A stretch of 62,382 nt of DNA, the filler included. It is 5 parts of 5 records of this genome, joined end to end, with 100 filler letters (N's around TTAATTAATTAA, not from the genome) between each part and the next. Parts side by side here need not be neighbours in the genome. Positions count along the whole stretch, not along the records: positions 57,380 to 62,382 come from SRR2962707_3086; 4 more parts are not named here. One strand, 5' to 3'. Each line of letters begins with the position of its first letter. The first letter of the stretch is position 1. Below are positions 61,674 through 62,382 of the stretch, piece after piece. The notes under the pieces were generated by a model. It did no database searches. It saw only the letters and a list, made by a program, of their open reading frames with translations, and was not told where the DNA came from. The position numbers and the translations under genes were made by a program.

Positions 61674-62382
61674 TCAGGCGGCGCTTTCAGACGCCAGGAA
61701 ATCCTGGGCAAAGCGCTGCAGTACGCCACCGGCAGAGTACACGGTGACCTCTTCCGCGGTATCCAGACGACAGATCACCGGCACCCGGTCCACTTCACCA
61801 CTCTTGCGGTGAATGACCAGTTCCAGCTTGGCGCCGGGGGCGGGCTTGCCTTCCACATCGTAGGTCTCGGTACCATCCAGTTGAAGCGTGTGGCGCGTGG
61901 TGCCTTCTTCAAACTGCAGCGGCATCACACCCATACCAATCAGGTTGGTGCGGTGAATCCGCTCGAAGCCTTCGGCGACGATGGTCTCTACACCTGCAAG
62001 GGCAACACCCTTGGCCGCCCAGTCACGGGAAGAACCCTGCCCGTAGTCTGCACCGGCAATGATGATCAACGGCTGCTTACGTTCCATGTAGGTTTCAATG
62101 GCTTCCCACATGCGCATGGTCTTGCCTTCCGGCTCCACACGAGCCAGGGAACCCTGCACCACTTCCCCGTTTTCGTCCCGGACCATTTCGTTGAACAGTT
62201 TCGGGTTGGCGAGGGTCGCTCGCTGGGCGGTCAGGTGGTCACCACGGTGGGTGGCGTAGGAGTTGAAGTCTTCCTCCGGCAGGCCCATCTTGTGCAGGTA
62301 CTCACCGGCAGCCGAGTCCATCATGATGGCGTTGGATGGCGACAGGTGGTCTGTGGTGATGTTGTCCGGCAGGATCGCCAGC
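61674..62382 (-). CDS. acnD: Fe/S-dependent 2-methylisocitrate dehydratase, 3' part
   Basis: DNITTDHLSP, NSYATHRGDH, YGQGSSRDWAAKG, FERIHRTNL. Confidence 0.93.
   Translation of the reverse strand, partial: LAILPDNITTDHLSPSNAIMMDSAAGEYLHKMGLPEEDFNSYATHRGDHLTAQRATLANPKLFNEMVRDENGEVVQGSLARVEPEGKTMRMWEAIETYMERKQPLIIIAGADYGQGSSRDWAAKGVALAGVETIVAEGFERIHRTNLIGMGVMPLQFEEGTTRHTLQLDGTETYDVEGKPAPGAKLELVIHRKSGEVDRVPVICRLDTAEEVTVYSAGGVLQRFAQDFLASESAA

Overview
This window is not one genome. It is five unrelated contigs joined by N-runs that each carry the artificial six-frame-stop linker TTAATTAATTAA. (1) 1-16764 is Rhizobiales/Hyphomicrobiales core genome: thrS, yidD, IscU-like, folE, hisI, patatin, CBS, rhomboid, PAS, PilZ, BTLCP, cysE, hydrolases and aapP. 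(2) 16864-27248 is Rhodobacteraceae-like: creatinase, gabD, a Pho-box-preceded phytase-like protein and glcDEF. (3) 27349-32510 is eukaryotic, with an intron-containing PPR-like gene and an S28 serine peptidase. (4) 32611-57279 is Rhodobacteraceae-like: metH, an accessory stretch, liu genes, ychF, lldD, rsgA, irr and fabA. (5) 57380-62382 is gammaproteobacterial (Marinobacter-like): a PEP-CTERM sugar transferase, prpD, prpF and acnD. Taxon calls come from gene content and recalled similarity, not from searches. The most unusual element is an intronless bacterial gene at 34790-35974 with the full motif set of eukaryotic PRMT7/PRMT9 protein arginine methyltransferases. It is co-oriented with two small exported proteins, one containing RGG, and lies between metH and a decayed IS5 transposase scar. 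Other leads are a tRNA-Thr-mimic hairpin before thrS, a candidate THF-II riboswitch before folE, a structured leader before rsgA, a FadR-regulated hydantoinase/Cys-less PLP-enzyme operon, and several cryptic pseudogenes. No CRISPR array, tRNA or rRNA was seen.
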